A DNA stretch of 63,466 nucleotides, filler included, from Folioceros fuciformis (Eukaryota): the NCBI GenBank assembly GCA_049999805.1. It is 11 parts of 11 records of this genome, joined end to end, with 100 filler letters (N's around TTAATTAATTAA, not from the genome) between each part and the next. Parts side by side here need not be neighbours in the genome. Positions count along the whole stretch, not along the records: positions 6,901 to 19,672 come from JBNGIO010001184.1; positions 19,773 to 24,399 come from JBNGIO010001185.1; positions 24,500 to 32,819 come from JBNGIO010001186.1; 8 more parts are not named here. The stretch is one strand, 5' to 3'. Position numbers and translations under genes: made by a program. The notes below the pieces were generated by a model that saw only the letters and a list, made by a program, of their open reading frames with translations, did no database searches and was not told the DNA's origin. Of the stretch, positions 12,808 through 25,825 are shown one piece after another (the first letter of the stretch is position 1; each line of letters begins with the position of its first letter).

Positions 12808-14574
12808 CTGCCTCACAAGAGACAAGCGTCATATTAATAGAGCTGCAACCTGAATACTAATGAAGCCCAGTGCCGTGACAATCACTAGTAGCATGACCAG
12901 CAGTGCAGTGACTAGCTCAACATGAATAGGTCAGATCGCTCTATAACGGCTCACTGAGCACGGACAATGCATAGGGATTCACCTCATGCTTCGACCTTAC
13001 ACCTTGCAAGCGACGTTGAGGCATCACTGAAGCTATCCTCAACAGCACACCTCCAAAGACGATTGCAATGCTTGGCAATTTGGGTCACCAAATACTGTGA
13101 TTCAGCGTCTGTCGGATGCCATGCTGTGCTCATACTCCGCAAGATGCAGATGATGTTTCAAGCCTCGCTTGAACAGGACATCTTCTACATGCATAGTCCA
13201 AGATCCGACTTCAGAAGAGTAGAACCCCATTCGTTTCAACCTAATCTGGCTTGCTCAATCCTCCTTCATTTGCCTGTTCGATTCAAGTTTGGAAACAGAT
13301 CTACGATCAACACATCTGTTTCCGTCACTCGGGAAGAACCACTGTCCCTGGACTGCGTCATTTGTTACTTCATTGGCAGACAAACTCAACTGCAGTGCAA
13401 CTTGCTATTAACAACAACCACACGGCCTCTTCTCAAATCGACAGCACACTTACACATTGCAGCAGAGGATATGTAACTCCAATGGTTGCAACACCACGAA
13501 TACACGAAGTGAAAATTTTCCGTGGGACAAGACTCAGCAAACAAATGTGACACTGGTGTCATACACATCCCAAACAAGAATCAACCAAGCGTGCGACATT
13601 CTTGGCACTACTCAGAAAGCTTAAAAATGTTTTGCGCCAGTCATTGCAAGGACCAAACCTTGGATGAATCCGCAACGGAAAAGTTGGAGAAGATGTCTAT
13701 GACTGTGAGCAACCTAACGCCAACAGAGGTAAACGTAAGCTTAAGTTACCCAACGAACAGCGGAAACGCCTTTCACACGGCAGACGAAATTGTCAGAGAT
13801 TGTTGGCCGATTGAGTGAGCCTTCCCGTTACGAATCACGTCTGAGGCATTCAAACCGGTTTACGTCCCTTCACTTTTGCGTCAGCTGCTCTTGTACGGTC
13901 TATCCCATTCGCTGCCGAGGATCGTGCCGTGCGATTTTCAGGAGTCATCATGTTCTTGAACGATTTGCAGAGCCATGTTTGACCTCGAAATGTGACTAGA
14001 GTTGGACAGGGTGGCAGAGGCAGGTGAGTTTTCTAGCTCTGGAACATAGGTTGCATGGTGCTCGCAAGTGACGATATGGATCGCGTTGTGGATCTGATTC
14101 GTCTTTCTCCGTCAGGCTTTTCCCACTGGTGAGCCATTCCAAGACATGCCATTATCTGGAGAAGCCGGAGCTATTGAGAAAATTGGATAGCTCAACGGAT
14201 TTGTTTTTGCTCGAGGGATCTGCTTGCAAAAGCAGTGGATGTCTCTATGGATTACACAGCTGCAGAAACTGCTGGCGACGAAGTGTGACGATGGCTGGTG
14301 AAATATTGGGGTTTGTGTCCATTCTTTTACCAGGATGACAATATGGGTGGGAGAGCTTTTCTTCTCAATCACAAGGCTAGGGCTTGGGTAGTCCTCCACC
14401 CATATCCTCTGTCGAGGCCGGGCATTTAAACAGCAGGTAGTCATGACATGGATTTGATCACACTCGAACTTGATGGGAAAGAAACAAGGATATATTTGAC
14501 CAAGAAAACGGGCTACTTGTGAATGAAGTATATATCTCACATAATTAGGGGTTGCAAACTCATTGCACACAGAC

Positions 14575-17038
14575 ATGGCGTTGAATAGCACAATCAACTC
14601 GCTTTCTACTGAGCTGTATAAGGTGAAAAGAACGGTCCAGGACGGCATGGAGAGGGTGTCCAGAGCAGTAACTGCGCAAACTTCAAGAGCTGTTACGAAA
14701 GTAACCACTCAAATCAAGACCCTGGGCAAGAAACTGAGCACTGTGACAAAGGAGGAGGCCAAAGTGGCTGTGATGACGGTAGCCCTGGCCACGGTGATGG
14801 TGCTCCTTCCGGGTATGTTCCGCCATGTAAAGCTGTCGATGCGCCTCCCAGCCAGACGAGGACTGCAGCTACCAAAAGGATCCCTTGGGCTGCCATTTGT
14901 CGGTGAAAGCATTAATCTCAAAACACAGCAACAAACCTTCTACGATAACAGGCGGAAATGGTGAATCTCTACCCATGTGACAGCCACTCCTCACAGAGTG
15001 CGTTGTCCTGTGCGTGCATCTTCCTGTTAGACCTTAGCTGCGTACGCGGAAATGCTGGAGTGGAGTGGAATCCTAAACAGTGGAGTAAAACCTGTCTACA
15101 GGTATGGGGATCTCTTCCGGACTCACGTATTTGGGTACCCATCGATTGTGGTAACCGATCCAGAGGCTGCCAAGTATGTGCTGGTTGATCAATCTGTGCT
15201 TTTCAAGCAGCTTCCTTTGCCTGAAGTTGAGAAGATCCTGGGGTCCAAATTTTTTGGCTATCAGAATCACAGTGTGCATGCCAGACTAAGAACAGTCATG
15301 CAGAGCCCTCTCTTGGCGCTGCACAATGCTATACCGTACATTGAGGCCCTGGCTCTGGGTCTTATGTACTCGTGGGAGGGGAGAACTGTGAATGCCCTGT
15401 ATGAGATTCATCATGTAGATAACCTTACCTTGGGTTGCTAACGATTCTAGTCAAATGCCAGTATTGGTGTGCACGCTGTTTGACTAACTCAGATACTGTC
15501 ACCACAGTATACTTTTGATGTTGCAACGCATTTTATTATTGGTGCACAACCCAAGGAACAGCTGGAAGCTCTCAGGCAGGCCTGTGAGAACATGTTCAGT
15601 GGAGTCAGAGCCTGGCCAATAAATCTGATTGGCACCAACTTCTGGTGGGCTAAGAGAGTAAGTCATGATTGGGCCTCCGAAATTCACGATCTGTGATTGA
15701 TCTGTAAGGAAGAAAGAAATACAACAGTCGACCATTCTGAAAATTTATGTGCACAGGGCAGGAGTCAAGCATGTGCAATAATTGACAGTATTATTGCTGA
15801 AAGGAGATCGGAAGGTCGTCCTCACGGTGATGTTCTCGGTGCGCTGATGGATGCAGAAGATGACCAAGGTGTCCGTATAACACGTGAAGAGCTTCATGAC
15901 AACATCCTCACGTTGTTGTTTGATGCAAGAGATACAGCAGCAGCTGCTTTGACCTGGACTCTCAAGAATTTGAGTGACCATCCAGAACTGCTCAAGGAAG
16001 TCACGGTATGGACAGCATTTTAGATTGCCGACGTGGTAATTAGCTGTCACTGAACAGGTAACGTAGTCTGGTAATCTTTGCAGATGGAGCACGATAAGAT
16101 CAGACAAAAAAAGCTCCCTCCAGAGAGTGTGCCTCTCCAGTGGTCGGATATCAAAGACATGCCACTAACTTGGGCAGACATCAAAGAAATGCCCCTCACA
16201 TTGCGAGTGAGCGTTATCTTTGAAGCAGTCGCTGTTCATTCATGTCTTTGTGAAACGATATGGCTGAATGCGGTATACTGTCTAACTTACATGAACACGG
16301 CAGGTTATCAAGGAAACTCTCAGGTTGGGAAACCTCGTCGATTTTTCATACCGAGAGGCTCTTGAAGATGTCGAGTACGAAGGTAATAAGCCAGCAGTGC
16401 AAAGTTTTCAAGCTTAGATGAATGAAGGCTACCAGCTGTTTCACGATCCGCTCCATACAACAGTGACAAAATATTTTTATATCATCTGCAGATTTCTTCT
16501 TTCCAAAGGGCTGGCGTGTATTGGTGGTGCATGCTAGTTTTCATCTTAATCCTGACTACTTTCCTGACCCTCTGCAGTTTGATCCTTCCCGTTTCGAGGT
16601 AGCACTTGCCGTACGTACACGTGAGTGGCAAAATGGACCCTAAGACAGTGGGACATACTGATTTGTGTTTTGTTTCAGGGCGCACCGCGACAAGGAACGT
16701 TTACGCCATTTGGTAACGGTGCTCACGTCTGCCTGGGCAGAGAGCTGGCCCAGTTGGAGATTTTCATTTTCATTCACCACTTCACCACCAGATTCAAGTT
16801 CGTGCTCAAACCTTGTTTGCTGCATATGTTGCCCAGAGTATCGTTGCATGCGCATCCCAATTACAAAAGTGTGACTGACATGAAATGTATGTTGCAAACC
16901 AGGTGGACCACTCCTAGCCCTGTCACTGGCTCGATCTACAGGCCGATACGAATACCGAGAGGCGGGATGCCAATTTTTGTTACCCGCAAGCCGCCTGAAC
17001 ATCACGTCTGCCACAGCGATTTTTGCAGACATGAGTAG
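14575..17038 (+). CDS. Cytochrome P450, CYP85 clan, CYP707 (ABA 8'-hydroxylase)-like, ~9 exons
   Basis: LPKGSLGLPFVGES, YGDLFRTHVFGYP, I-helix LLFDARDT, ETLR, FDPSRFE, heme motif FGNGAHVCLG. Intron pattern resembles the CYP85 clan. Confidence 0.88.
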
Positions 17039-17211
17039 GCTTGTACCAGCAGCCAGTCCTGGTGCGTGTCGGCACGTTATGCGGGAAATACTTGAGTATG
17101 CCCTGTCTGGTGCAGCTGGTTTGAATGCCCGCGAGCAGAGGCGAGGGTGCAAGCTCCGAGAAAAGAGATGTAATAGACTCATGTTTCGCCGTAACCGTCG
17201 TGTTATGGACT

Positions 17212-19671
17212 TCACGAAGCCAGAAGAAAAATAATGAAAGTCATGTTCCACGTTATCAGAAGGTAGGTGAGGACGAGGCACAGATCGGAGGCCGAGTTCT
17301 TTCCCCTCTGTTTGCCGCTACTCTGAGGATCCCTGGCACGCCCCTTCGGTGTGCGCAACAATATGAAGGACCCTGCAATAGTGGACAGGAAAGCGAGAAG
17401 CACCGCCCTTGTTTCTCGATTTTCCATTCGCTTTAACTGGATTCTGCGAAGGAACATGGAGACCGACGTCAATGTGGCTAGACGGTAGCACGCTGGAAGA
17501 GGTCTCTGCCCTCTCCGCGTTATGTATATCTAGACAAATTTCTTAACGTGAAACAGCAGCACACCTTAAAATTGCAAATTCCGCAGTCACGTTGCTGAGT
17601 TTATCCGCTATGATGCTGTCTACAATCTCACTCTCCATCTGCATTTTTAATTCCTGAACAGGACAAACCAAGAGAACGTCTAAGTATGACGTTATAACAA
17701 ACATTGAACGAACACTCTCCATTCGCATTCTTCAGTTTCAACAACAAATACATCTACAACAAGCGCAATTCTCACCAACTTGCGGATGTGAGCTGCAGCA
17801 GTTGCTGAGGCTGCCGTTTCATTTAGAAGCCTCTCAGAAAGAACAAGAAACTCTTTGCCAAAATGCTTGAACTTGTCCTGAATCTTGACATTCAAATCGT
17901 CTACATATTCGTCAAGAAGTGACTGATTAAGCTCCAGAGATTTGACCTTCTGCAGAACTATCTTCAGAACAGCCTCTCCTGACGGTCGTGTATGATGCAG
18001 TGCCTCTAGAACAGGTGGTCCCGGAGGAGAAGAACCTGGCTCAACAGCTACTGCCCCAGATATTTCAATCACACCCGGTTCTTTGGCAACTTTGTCATTA
18101 CTCAAGCCTTGGATGTTGTCGTCAGTATCTTCGGATGCGAGAACCAGCCCGGGGCTAGATGCAACTGGTATCGTAGAGGCACTGCTTGACACTGGAGGAG
18201 CAGGGTTGGTCTTACTTCCACCTGCACCTGTGGCCAAGCTGTCCTCCTGTGGAACGTGTCCAGCAGGCTGTAACTTGAACCCAGTCTCCAGTCCCGCAAC
18301 CGGAATCCACCCCTCAAGGAGACTCTCGATCTCATCAACTCCCAGTACCTCCACCATACTCAGAGTGCAGTAGAAATCGGACCCATAATGAGTAAGCATT
18401 CGAAGCTTCACATACCTAACTAGCCTAGACTCTGCCACTTCGAACCTCTGAGGATGTCTAACATTCTCTGCTTGAAACTTCCCAAGAAGGACCCAATCCT
18501 CTGTTGGGTAGCTATTACTGCCTAGAAGTTCAAAGTCCTTCAAATTAGAAGCGTAGAACTCAAAATTGGAGATTACCACCGTTTCAACTTGAGTTTCAGC
18601 CGAAAGCCGGATAACAACGAACTTATCTTCTGTGCCACAAGGAATACGGAGATACTTGTCCTTGTCCTTATCCAGAATGTAACTCTCTCCTTTCGCTTCC
18701 TTGCTCCACCCAACAACCTTCGCTCCATGCGAGGCAGCAGCGAAATTGTAGTCACCGGAAAATCGTCTCACATTGCCAGATGCACCTGAAGCATTCCCAT
18801 TGGTGTTAGCTTCGCCCTGCTGCTTTTTTTCTAGCTGCGACTTCTTGAACTCCCCCAGGCCAACTATCCGGCCGTCGACAGATATTGTCAGATTTGGCTT
18901 CCCTACAAGAGGAACAGATCCTTCTTGAAAACCTTCCGAGGGAGAAGGGCCAGCATGAAGTGTTCCCTGCAACTCATGCTCCAGGACCGCACCCGCATCT
19001 GTTACCCAGTCATAGTCAGAGCTGTCGACATCTGTGGTGACGAAGGATTCATCATCAAACGCCGCAGCCGCGCCGTCATCCTCCTTTTGCACCTCCCCAA
19101 CAACTGAGTCAGGTCCAGCTTCTGCCCCGCTGTCTGACACAACTCTGGTAAAAGGCTGACTGGCATCTAAAAGAAAACTCCGCAAAGCAGGCCCGCAAAG
19201 ACAGACGCGCGTGCTAGCTCGAGAACTAGCAAGGCCATCTGCATTGCTGCAGATCGAGCCGCAAGTGGCACTGCCAGAAAGCGGATTATGGAAGCACAGG
19301 ACAAAATTATCCGAAGCACCAGCGATCGGCTTGGCAAAGCTCTCAGCGTAGATACCCTCGTCCTGGCCGTCACAATTACGGTCCACTGGTAGAATATCTT
19401 CGATGCAGGGAAGAACCTGGTCACTGGCAACCGGCACCGCTACTAGACACCGCGGCGGGATAATGCCAATACAATCCGCTTCCTCAACCTCACACAACCT
19501 AGGGCTCCCGTCTCGTACGAGACCTCCAACACTCCTTATTTGCGCCTCTCTTCCCAAGCCATCCTCCTCAACCGTGAGAGGAACCACTGGAACAGCCGAC
19601 GACAATAACTCAATCCCACCATCTGTCACTCCACTCCCCGAATCTCCCTCCAGCACGTCACCCGCCATTCC
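17212..19671 (-). CDS. Mid-SUN domain protein (SUN3/4/5, Slp1-like), 5' end lost in gap; exons >19671-17776, ~17655-17566, ~17443-17212
   Basis: YNFAAASHGAKVV, ILDKDKDKYLRIPC, NFEFYASNLKDFELLGS, VRYVKLRMLTHYGSDFYCTLSMVEVLG, coiled coil LQKVKSLELNQSLLDEY, two C-terminal hydrophobic segments. Confidence 0.92.
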
Positions 19672-19772
19672 CNNNNNNNNNNNNNNNNNNNNNNNNNNNN
19701 NNNNNNNNNNNNNNNNTTAATTAATTAANNNNNNNNNNNNNNNNNNNNNNNNNNNNNNNNNNNNNNNNNNNN

Positions 19773-20407
19773 TGGCACCAGCGTGGCTCGGGCAACCCGA
19801 GTGGGCCCTGCGGCTGGCGCCCGGCTTAGTGCCCCGTCCGGAGGGGGGGGGGGATCTCTCGCTGCTCCCTGCAGCCGCGGCAGCCAGGGGGCTGGCAGCG
19901 CCCCCTCCCGGGGTGCCCTCTACACTTGCGATGTCTCTCCAATGTGTCCGCGGTCTCCAACTTTGGCTCCTGCTCTGCATTGCAAGTAGATTGGAGACCC
20001 TTGTACGCAGCAGTGTGCTCACTTCAAAGTTGCCTTGTGCATCTTGTCCGGAGCAACCCGAGCCATCACCCTTGCTCCACAATCCAAATTCCACAACCAG
20101 GCTCTGATACCACTTGAAGGATCGCTCTAGGAGCTACATGGTGAAGGAGAGGAGAGAAGGAGGCAAGGAGGAGGAGAAAGAGAGGTCACACCCTCGCAAT
20201 AGAGTCACACAATGCAAGGGAGCTCAAGGGGGTATTTATACCCTTTAGAAGAGCTCCCTAGGAAGCTTCACAAGAAGCGCACAGGAAGCTGCGCAAGAAG
20301 CTTCCTACAGATTAGCTTAAGCTAATCTAAAGTAATGATACTTAACTAGACACTAATCTTAGATTAAACACATTAGTCTAAGCATATTGGGCTTTAATAA
20401 CCCTACA
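19773..20407 (-). mobile_element. Ty1/copia element A: complete 293-bp 5' LTR (20407-20115, TG...CA), PBS and start of internal region
   Basis: On the - strand TGTAGGG...CCTTCA is followed 2 nt later by TGGTATCAGAGCC (tRNA-iMet PBS, 20112-20100). The LTR contains TATAAATA. Confidence 0.85.
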
Positions 20408-21070
20408 AAAAGGAGGTCCACATCAGGTTATGTCTTCATGTGCACTGGAGGCGCAGTCTCATGGCGATACCGTTTGCAATCGTGCATAACGCTGTCTACC
20501 ATAGAGGCTGAGTATGTTGCAGTGTTTGAGGCTTGCAAGGAAGCCATGTGGCTTGCTCGTTTAGTAGGAGACTTGGGGATCAAGGTTGAGCTGCCAGTGT
20601 TGCATTGTTATAGCCAGAGTGCTATCCAATTGGCAAAGAATCTAGTGTTTCATGCGAAGACCAAACTTGTGGAAGTGAAGTATTACTTCATTCGAAAGGT
20701 GTTGGAAGACAAGAGGGTACAGCTTGTCAAAGTTCACACCAGTCAGAACCTTGCAGATATTCTTATCAAGGGGCTCTCTATGGAGCAATTCCACAAGCTC
20801 GGACACTCATGGGCATAAGGTAGACCACTCTCCTATAAAAGTAAATAAGCCTTTAAGTGGGTGGTTGTAGGGTTATTAAAGCCCAATTTACTTAGACTAA
20901 TGTAATTAGTCTAAGATTATGTCTAGTTAAGTATCATTTGTTTAGATTAACTTAAGCTAATTTTACCAAGGTTGAGCTTGTTGTGAAGCTTCCTTAGGAG
21001 CTCTTCTAGATAGTATAAATACCCTCTTGACCTCCTTACAAGTGAGAGAGACCTTGCTTTCTCCTCTCTA
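20408..21070 (+). mobile_element. Ty1/copia element B fragment: RNase H, polypurine tract and truncated 3' LTR (from 20866)
   Basis: RRSTSGYVF...GAVSW...LSTIEAEYVA...NLADILIKGL, then AAGTGGGTGG and a TGTAGGG LTR homologous to element A's LTR. Confidence 0.88.
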
Positions 21071-23720
21071 GTGACTCTTGCCGGGTGGGAGGAGTTAGTA
21101 GGGAAGTGTAGAAGGTAGTGGTGTCGTTGTTAGTTGCTGTCCCTAACAATCTTTTGTTGCAGGGGTCTGCGCATTTGCGGCATCCGAAGTAGAGTCATCT
21201 CGGTGTTGTCTAGCAGAATTGCTCCGGCGCGTGTAGACTTGGATCTTGCTAGGCCCCGCATTGCTCCGAGGGCCAGGGCTGTCGCTAAGGCCTGAGGGCG
21301 CATATGCAGGAGGAGAGGCTACAAGGGTGTCCAAGTCAAAGTCGCCAACATGAATGGCGGGGCTCGAGTCCGGTTGTGCAAGTGTAGGAGGAGGTTGAAG
21401 GGACTGTTGGGAAGGTGAAGGCTGATCAGGGATAGGGGCAAGGGGAGCAAAGAGATGGACAGCGGCCTCATCGTCGTCACTGCTATCAGAATGAGGAGGA
21501 GACAGAGATTTGAGGGCTCCCACTACAAGGGGACCAGACATGTCCTCAGGAAAGGTAACATCCCTGGAGTGTGTGATGCGATGAGTTTGAGGGTCCATAA
21601 GCTTGTAGCCTTTAATCCCAGAGGTGAAGCCGATAAAAAGGTAACAGCCAGCTCTATCAGCTAATTTGGTGCGGGTGGCCCTGGGGACATGTGCATAAAC
21701 AATGGCTCCGAAGACTCTAAGGTTGGAGAGGTCGAGTTTAGTGCCAGTCCAAGCTTCCTAGGGAGTTTGGTTGGGCAAGGCGGAGGTCAATATCCTGTTG
21801 GTGAGGTAAGCGACATGAGACATAGCTTGAGGCCAATAAGTTTGAGGGAGGTTGGCATGGATGAGCACGGTATGGCCACGATCTTGCACTGTCCTGTTCT
21901 TCCTCTTGGCAACCCCGTTCTACTGAGAAGTGTGTGTGGTGGTAATTTGGCGCACAATACCAGATGTGGTGCAGAACTGCTGAAACGCATGAGAATCATA
22001 TTCACCTCTACCGTCTATACAAAAACATAAGAGGTTTGCGCCTGTTTGTTTCTCGGCCCATGTCTTATACTCTTGAAAGCATTGTAGAGCTTGTTGCTTG
22101 TAGAGAACTGTGAATCTGGTGAAGTCGTCAATAAATAGCATGAAATAGAGATAGTTGTGGATGGAACATTGAAAGGGGCTGCGGAGGTCAGAGTGCACTA
22201 ATTGCAATTTGTCGGTGGCTCTTGTGGCAAGGCCCTTGGGGAAAGGAGTACGATGACTTTTCCCGATAGTACATGCTGGGTAGATGCCGAAGTCCTCAAT
22301 CTTGGTAAGGGGAAGACCAGTCGCTGCAGCGGTAGAGAGAGTTGTCTTTATTCGTTATAGATTCATGTGTCCCAAGCGTGCATGCCAGAGAAAGGTCTGA
22401 CGTTGAGAAAGAGTTTGTGTGTGAGCAGCTAGGGAAGAAGGTGGGGCCTGAGGTGAGGTGACATGGAGATGATATAGGTCGTCTTGTTGCAGGGCCCCGG
22501 TAGCAAGGAGTTCCCCTTAAGGGGTTTCTATGATACAGCGACTGTCTCCGAAGCAGACTTAGCAGCCAAATTCGTCAATCTTCCGGACGGAGAAAAGGTT
22601 TTTTGTGAGGCCTGGGACATGGAGAACATCTGTAATTTGAAGAGTGGAGGCTGGTTGCAAGTGGAGTTCAACTGAACCTTGGCCGTGTATGAGATGCCGG
22701 GTATCATCTCCAAGGCTGACATATTGAGGTGGGGAAGTCTATGAAAGAAGTTAAATGGGGAGTCAGTGTTAGACCCTGAGTTAGGAGACAGGTAGCGATA
22801 AGAGTAGAGGATCGTGAATTATTTGTGAGGTAGGCCTTGGCATGTCGTCGCATAGTGAGTGCGAGTTGTCCAGTAGGTCGTCGTGAAGATTGGGTGTTGA
22901 CCAAGGATAAACATTTCCTGCATTCCTCATAGGTGTGGCCAGGTATCTTGTAATAACTGCAAGTGTGCCTCCAAGTAGAATTATATTTTCCTCTGCCTCT
23001 GGCTGGGAAAGGTCCTCAGCCTCGTTGGAGCTGTCCGCGTGAGAGAACTCTGCCTCTGAATCTTTTGCAAGTGAAGTAGGCGCTAGAGGGTGAGTCCCAT
23101 GCAAAGGAATTATTGTGGAGTTTTCTTCTGGCCTCCTCGGTGAGCATTGTGCTGATAAATTTGTTAACAGTGAGGGGCTTGACACCTTGTAGGGATTGGA
23201 CCACGCTCACTCAAGATTCCGGTAGGGTAGAGAGCAGGAGGGCAGCGGAGAGATCCTCCGAAATTGTGAATCCTATCGCAAGGAATTTTGTCATCCAGCT
23301 CCTAAAGTTTATGGTATGATGATCTACTTGGTCGCCTTTGTGCATCCTTAGCTTGAAGAATTTCTTAATGGTATGCACCGTGTGCATGATGTTTGTGGAT
23401 GCGTAGATATCATGGAGTTGGGTCCAGGCTTGGGTAGTGGTTTCTACTCCTGCAATTTGTTGAACGTTTCCTGATCGCATAGATTGCATAATAATGTTTT
23501 TCGCCTGTTGGTTCTTGTCTTCCCAATCTTCTCTTTCCGCTGCAATGCCGGAGGCACCAAGGTGTGCTTTAACCACCAGGGGGTTGCCAATGCTCCCAAC
23601 GTAGGCCCATAGCTTACGTTCTTTCAATATTTCACTGATCCTGAATTTCCAGACGGCAAAATTATGCTGTTGTCCGTCGAATCGATCCTCCTCTGATAAG
23701 CTGATTGTAGAGATTGACAT
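21071..23720 (-). mobile_element. Ty1/copia element C: degenerate gag-protease-integrase with frameshifts and stops
   Basis: gag DRFDGQQHNFAVWKFRI...LLLSTLPES; GAG-pre-integrase WHARLGH; integrase LVHSDL...FIDDFTR...DGRGEY; LRVFGA...FIGF...SRDVTF. Confidence 0.88.
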
Positions 23721-25825
23721 TTTGGTGTGTGTGTGCAGGCACGTGGTGCTATGGTTGGATTGGCTATAGGAGAAAGATAGTATGTCTTACAAGGTGGTCG
23801 ATGTTGAGCCTCCTGGGAATAGAGATCTGGTATTTTCGGATTGTGTTTGTGCTTGACTCTGTAGGGTTATACTGAAGGGCCACCAGTTTGTTGAGGATGC
23901 TATCCTGTATTTCCATAATTTCCTGATTTGTGGGCACGATGATCGAATTGTGCTCTTGGCAGATGTTAGAGATGTGTGTGGATGTTTTATCTCTTATGTG
24001 TGGAACCGATAGGTGTGAGGTAACCTCAAAGTGCGATGTGTAATCCTTGTGCGTCATGTTGTAAATAGGAACGCTACTTGAATGTATCTCCAATCATGTT
24101 CTGTGGGGTCGATGAATCCTCTGAGGTACAATTCTTCTCCAATCAGTAGGAGCATCAATCATGCATAATGAAGTAAGTCTTCATTGGCCTCTTGCTACTT
24201 GTGGAGGCAAAACCCCGGGCACTGATTGCCGACGGGTTCCACCTTTAGTGGCCACACTTATCCCACTGTCGTTGAGACATTGGGTTTCGTTTCCACGAAG
24301 GAGCGATGGGGTTCCTTGCTGCTGTGGATGGAGGGTCGGACTTGATCGACTCGATGACGGATTCGAGGGCTCCCCTCCAGCTCCGATCAGGCGTAGGACN
24401 NNNNNNNNNNNNNNNNNNNNNNNNNNNNNNNNNNNNNNNNNNNTTAATTAATTAANNNNNNNNNNNNNNNNNNNNNNNNNNNNNNNNNNNNNNNNNNNNT
24501 GCTACTACTGCTACTGCTGCTCCTGCGCGCCGCCGACGCTGCCTTGTGTCGGCGGACCCCTCTGTCGCTCTGGGAGATCGGGCTGGTGAAGCTCCTGCCG
24601 CGCCTCGCGATTGGAACCAGGGCCCGGGAGGCTAACAAGCAAGCATAGCAAAGCAAGCAAAGCAAAGCAAAGCAAGCAAGGAAGGAAGGAAGGAAGGGAG
24701 GGAGGTGGTTCTCATGACCGCGCCAGTGTGTCCAATCTAAGACTGCAGGCCGCAGGGTGCCGGCTGCCGGCAGCAAGCAACCGCGGACGGACTCGCTTCA
24801 TGGCTGCCTGCTGCGGCCCGAGGTCCGTCATACTCGCTTTCTCGCCTCGGAGGGGTCTGCGGTGGGGGATCCCGAGATCCGCCTCCGTCTTGACCTCCAG
24901 GGTGGTTTTTCCTGCCCTGCCCGGCCCTGCCTCTGGCTGTGGAGTCGCTTTTCTTGTCCCCCGAGGTCTGCAGCATGTGTTTGGTGCTTGTGCTTGTGTC
25001 CTTCGGCTGCGCCCTCGTGAGAACCAAGATTTTGCGCTGCCATCGCCCTTTCTGCTCTCGTCCATCACGCCTCATGATGCTTCGCGTTGCCCCCCGGAGC
25101 CCGCCTTGTGGACGCTAGGTTCAAGATCCTGGCGGATATTATTTTGTCCATGTGATTTGCATTGCGTTGGGCTGGTCGGATAGCTTGGTACTTCTCGTAG
25201 CTGACGCGCTTGTGTGGCAGATCAGACTAGTGGTTGGTTGTTTCTCCCCGCCCGTGAGTCCTCCGGAATGTGTCTGCCTTCTGTCCATCGTCCTCTTCGG
25301 GGCTGCTGGGCTTGGCCTTTTTCTGTCATTCCGTTCTTGTTGTTGGTGCTCCACCCCCTTTGAGCACAAGACGTCCGTGTCAAGATGCGTCGCATTTCTT
25401 GTATCATGATGATGCCTGATGTAGTGTCCTCTTGCCTCAAGAGGAGAGACGTGCTGTGCAAGCTTTTGACTCGCTTTTCTTTGTTTTTTGTTTTTTTTGC
25501 CAATTGTGGTGCAGGTAACGCTGTGATGTTGGAAGCGGCTTATCGATGTTCATCTCAGTTTTGGAGCCAGGGTGGATTGGAGTGGCCTTAGAGTGGGAAG
25601 GATCTGGCACTTGTGTGCAGCACCGTCCGATCCGGCAGGCATGGCTCGTAGTGGTCCGTGGTAGCGCATGCCGTGGGATCTCCTTGAGCCGTAGCCAGCC
25701 AGGATGGCCTTGATGCTGCTACCTTGTAGTTCGAGCAAGCTCGTCGCGTGCCACCAGCTTTTGCAACAGTATCTGAGTTGGGTAGTTGATTTGAGAGCCC
25801 TCCTGCCTTTTCACCAGGGAATTGC

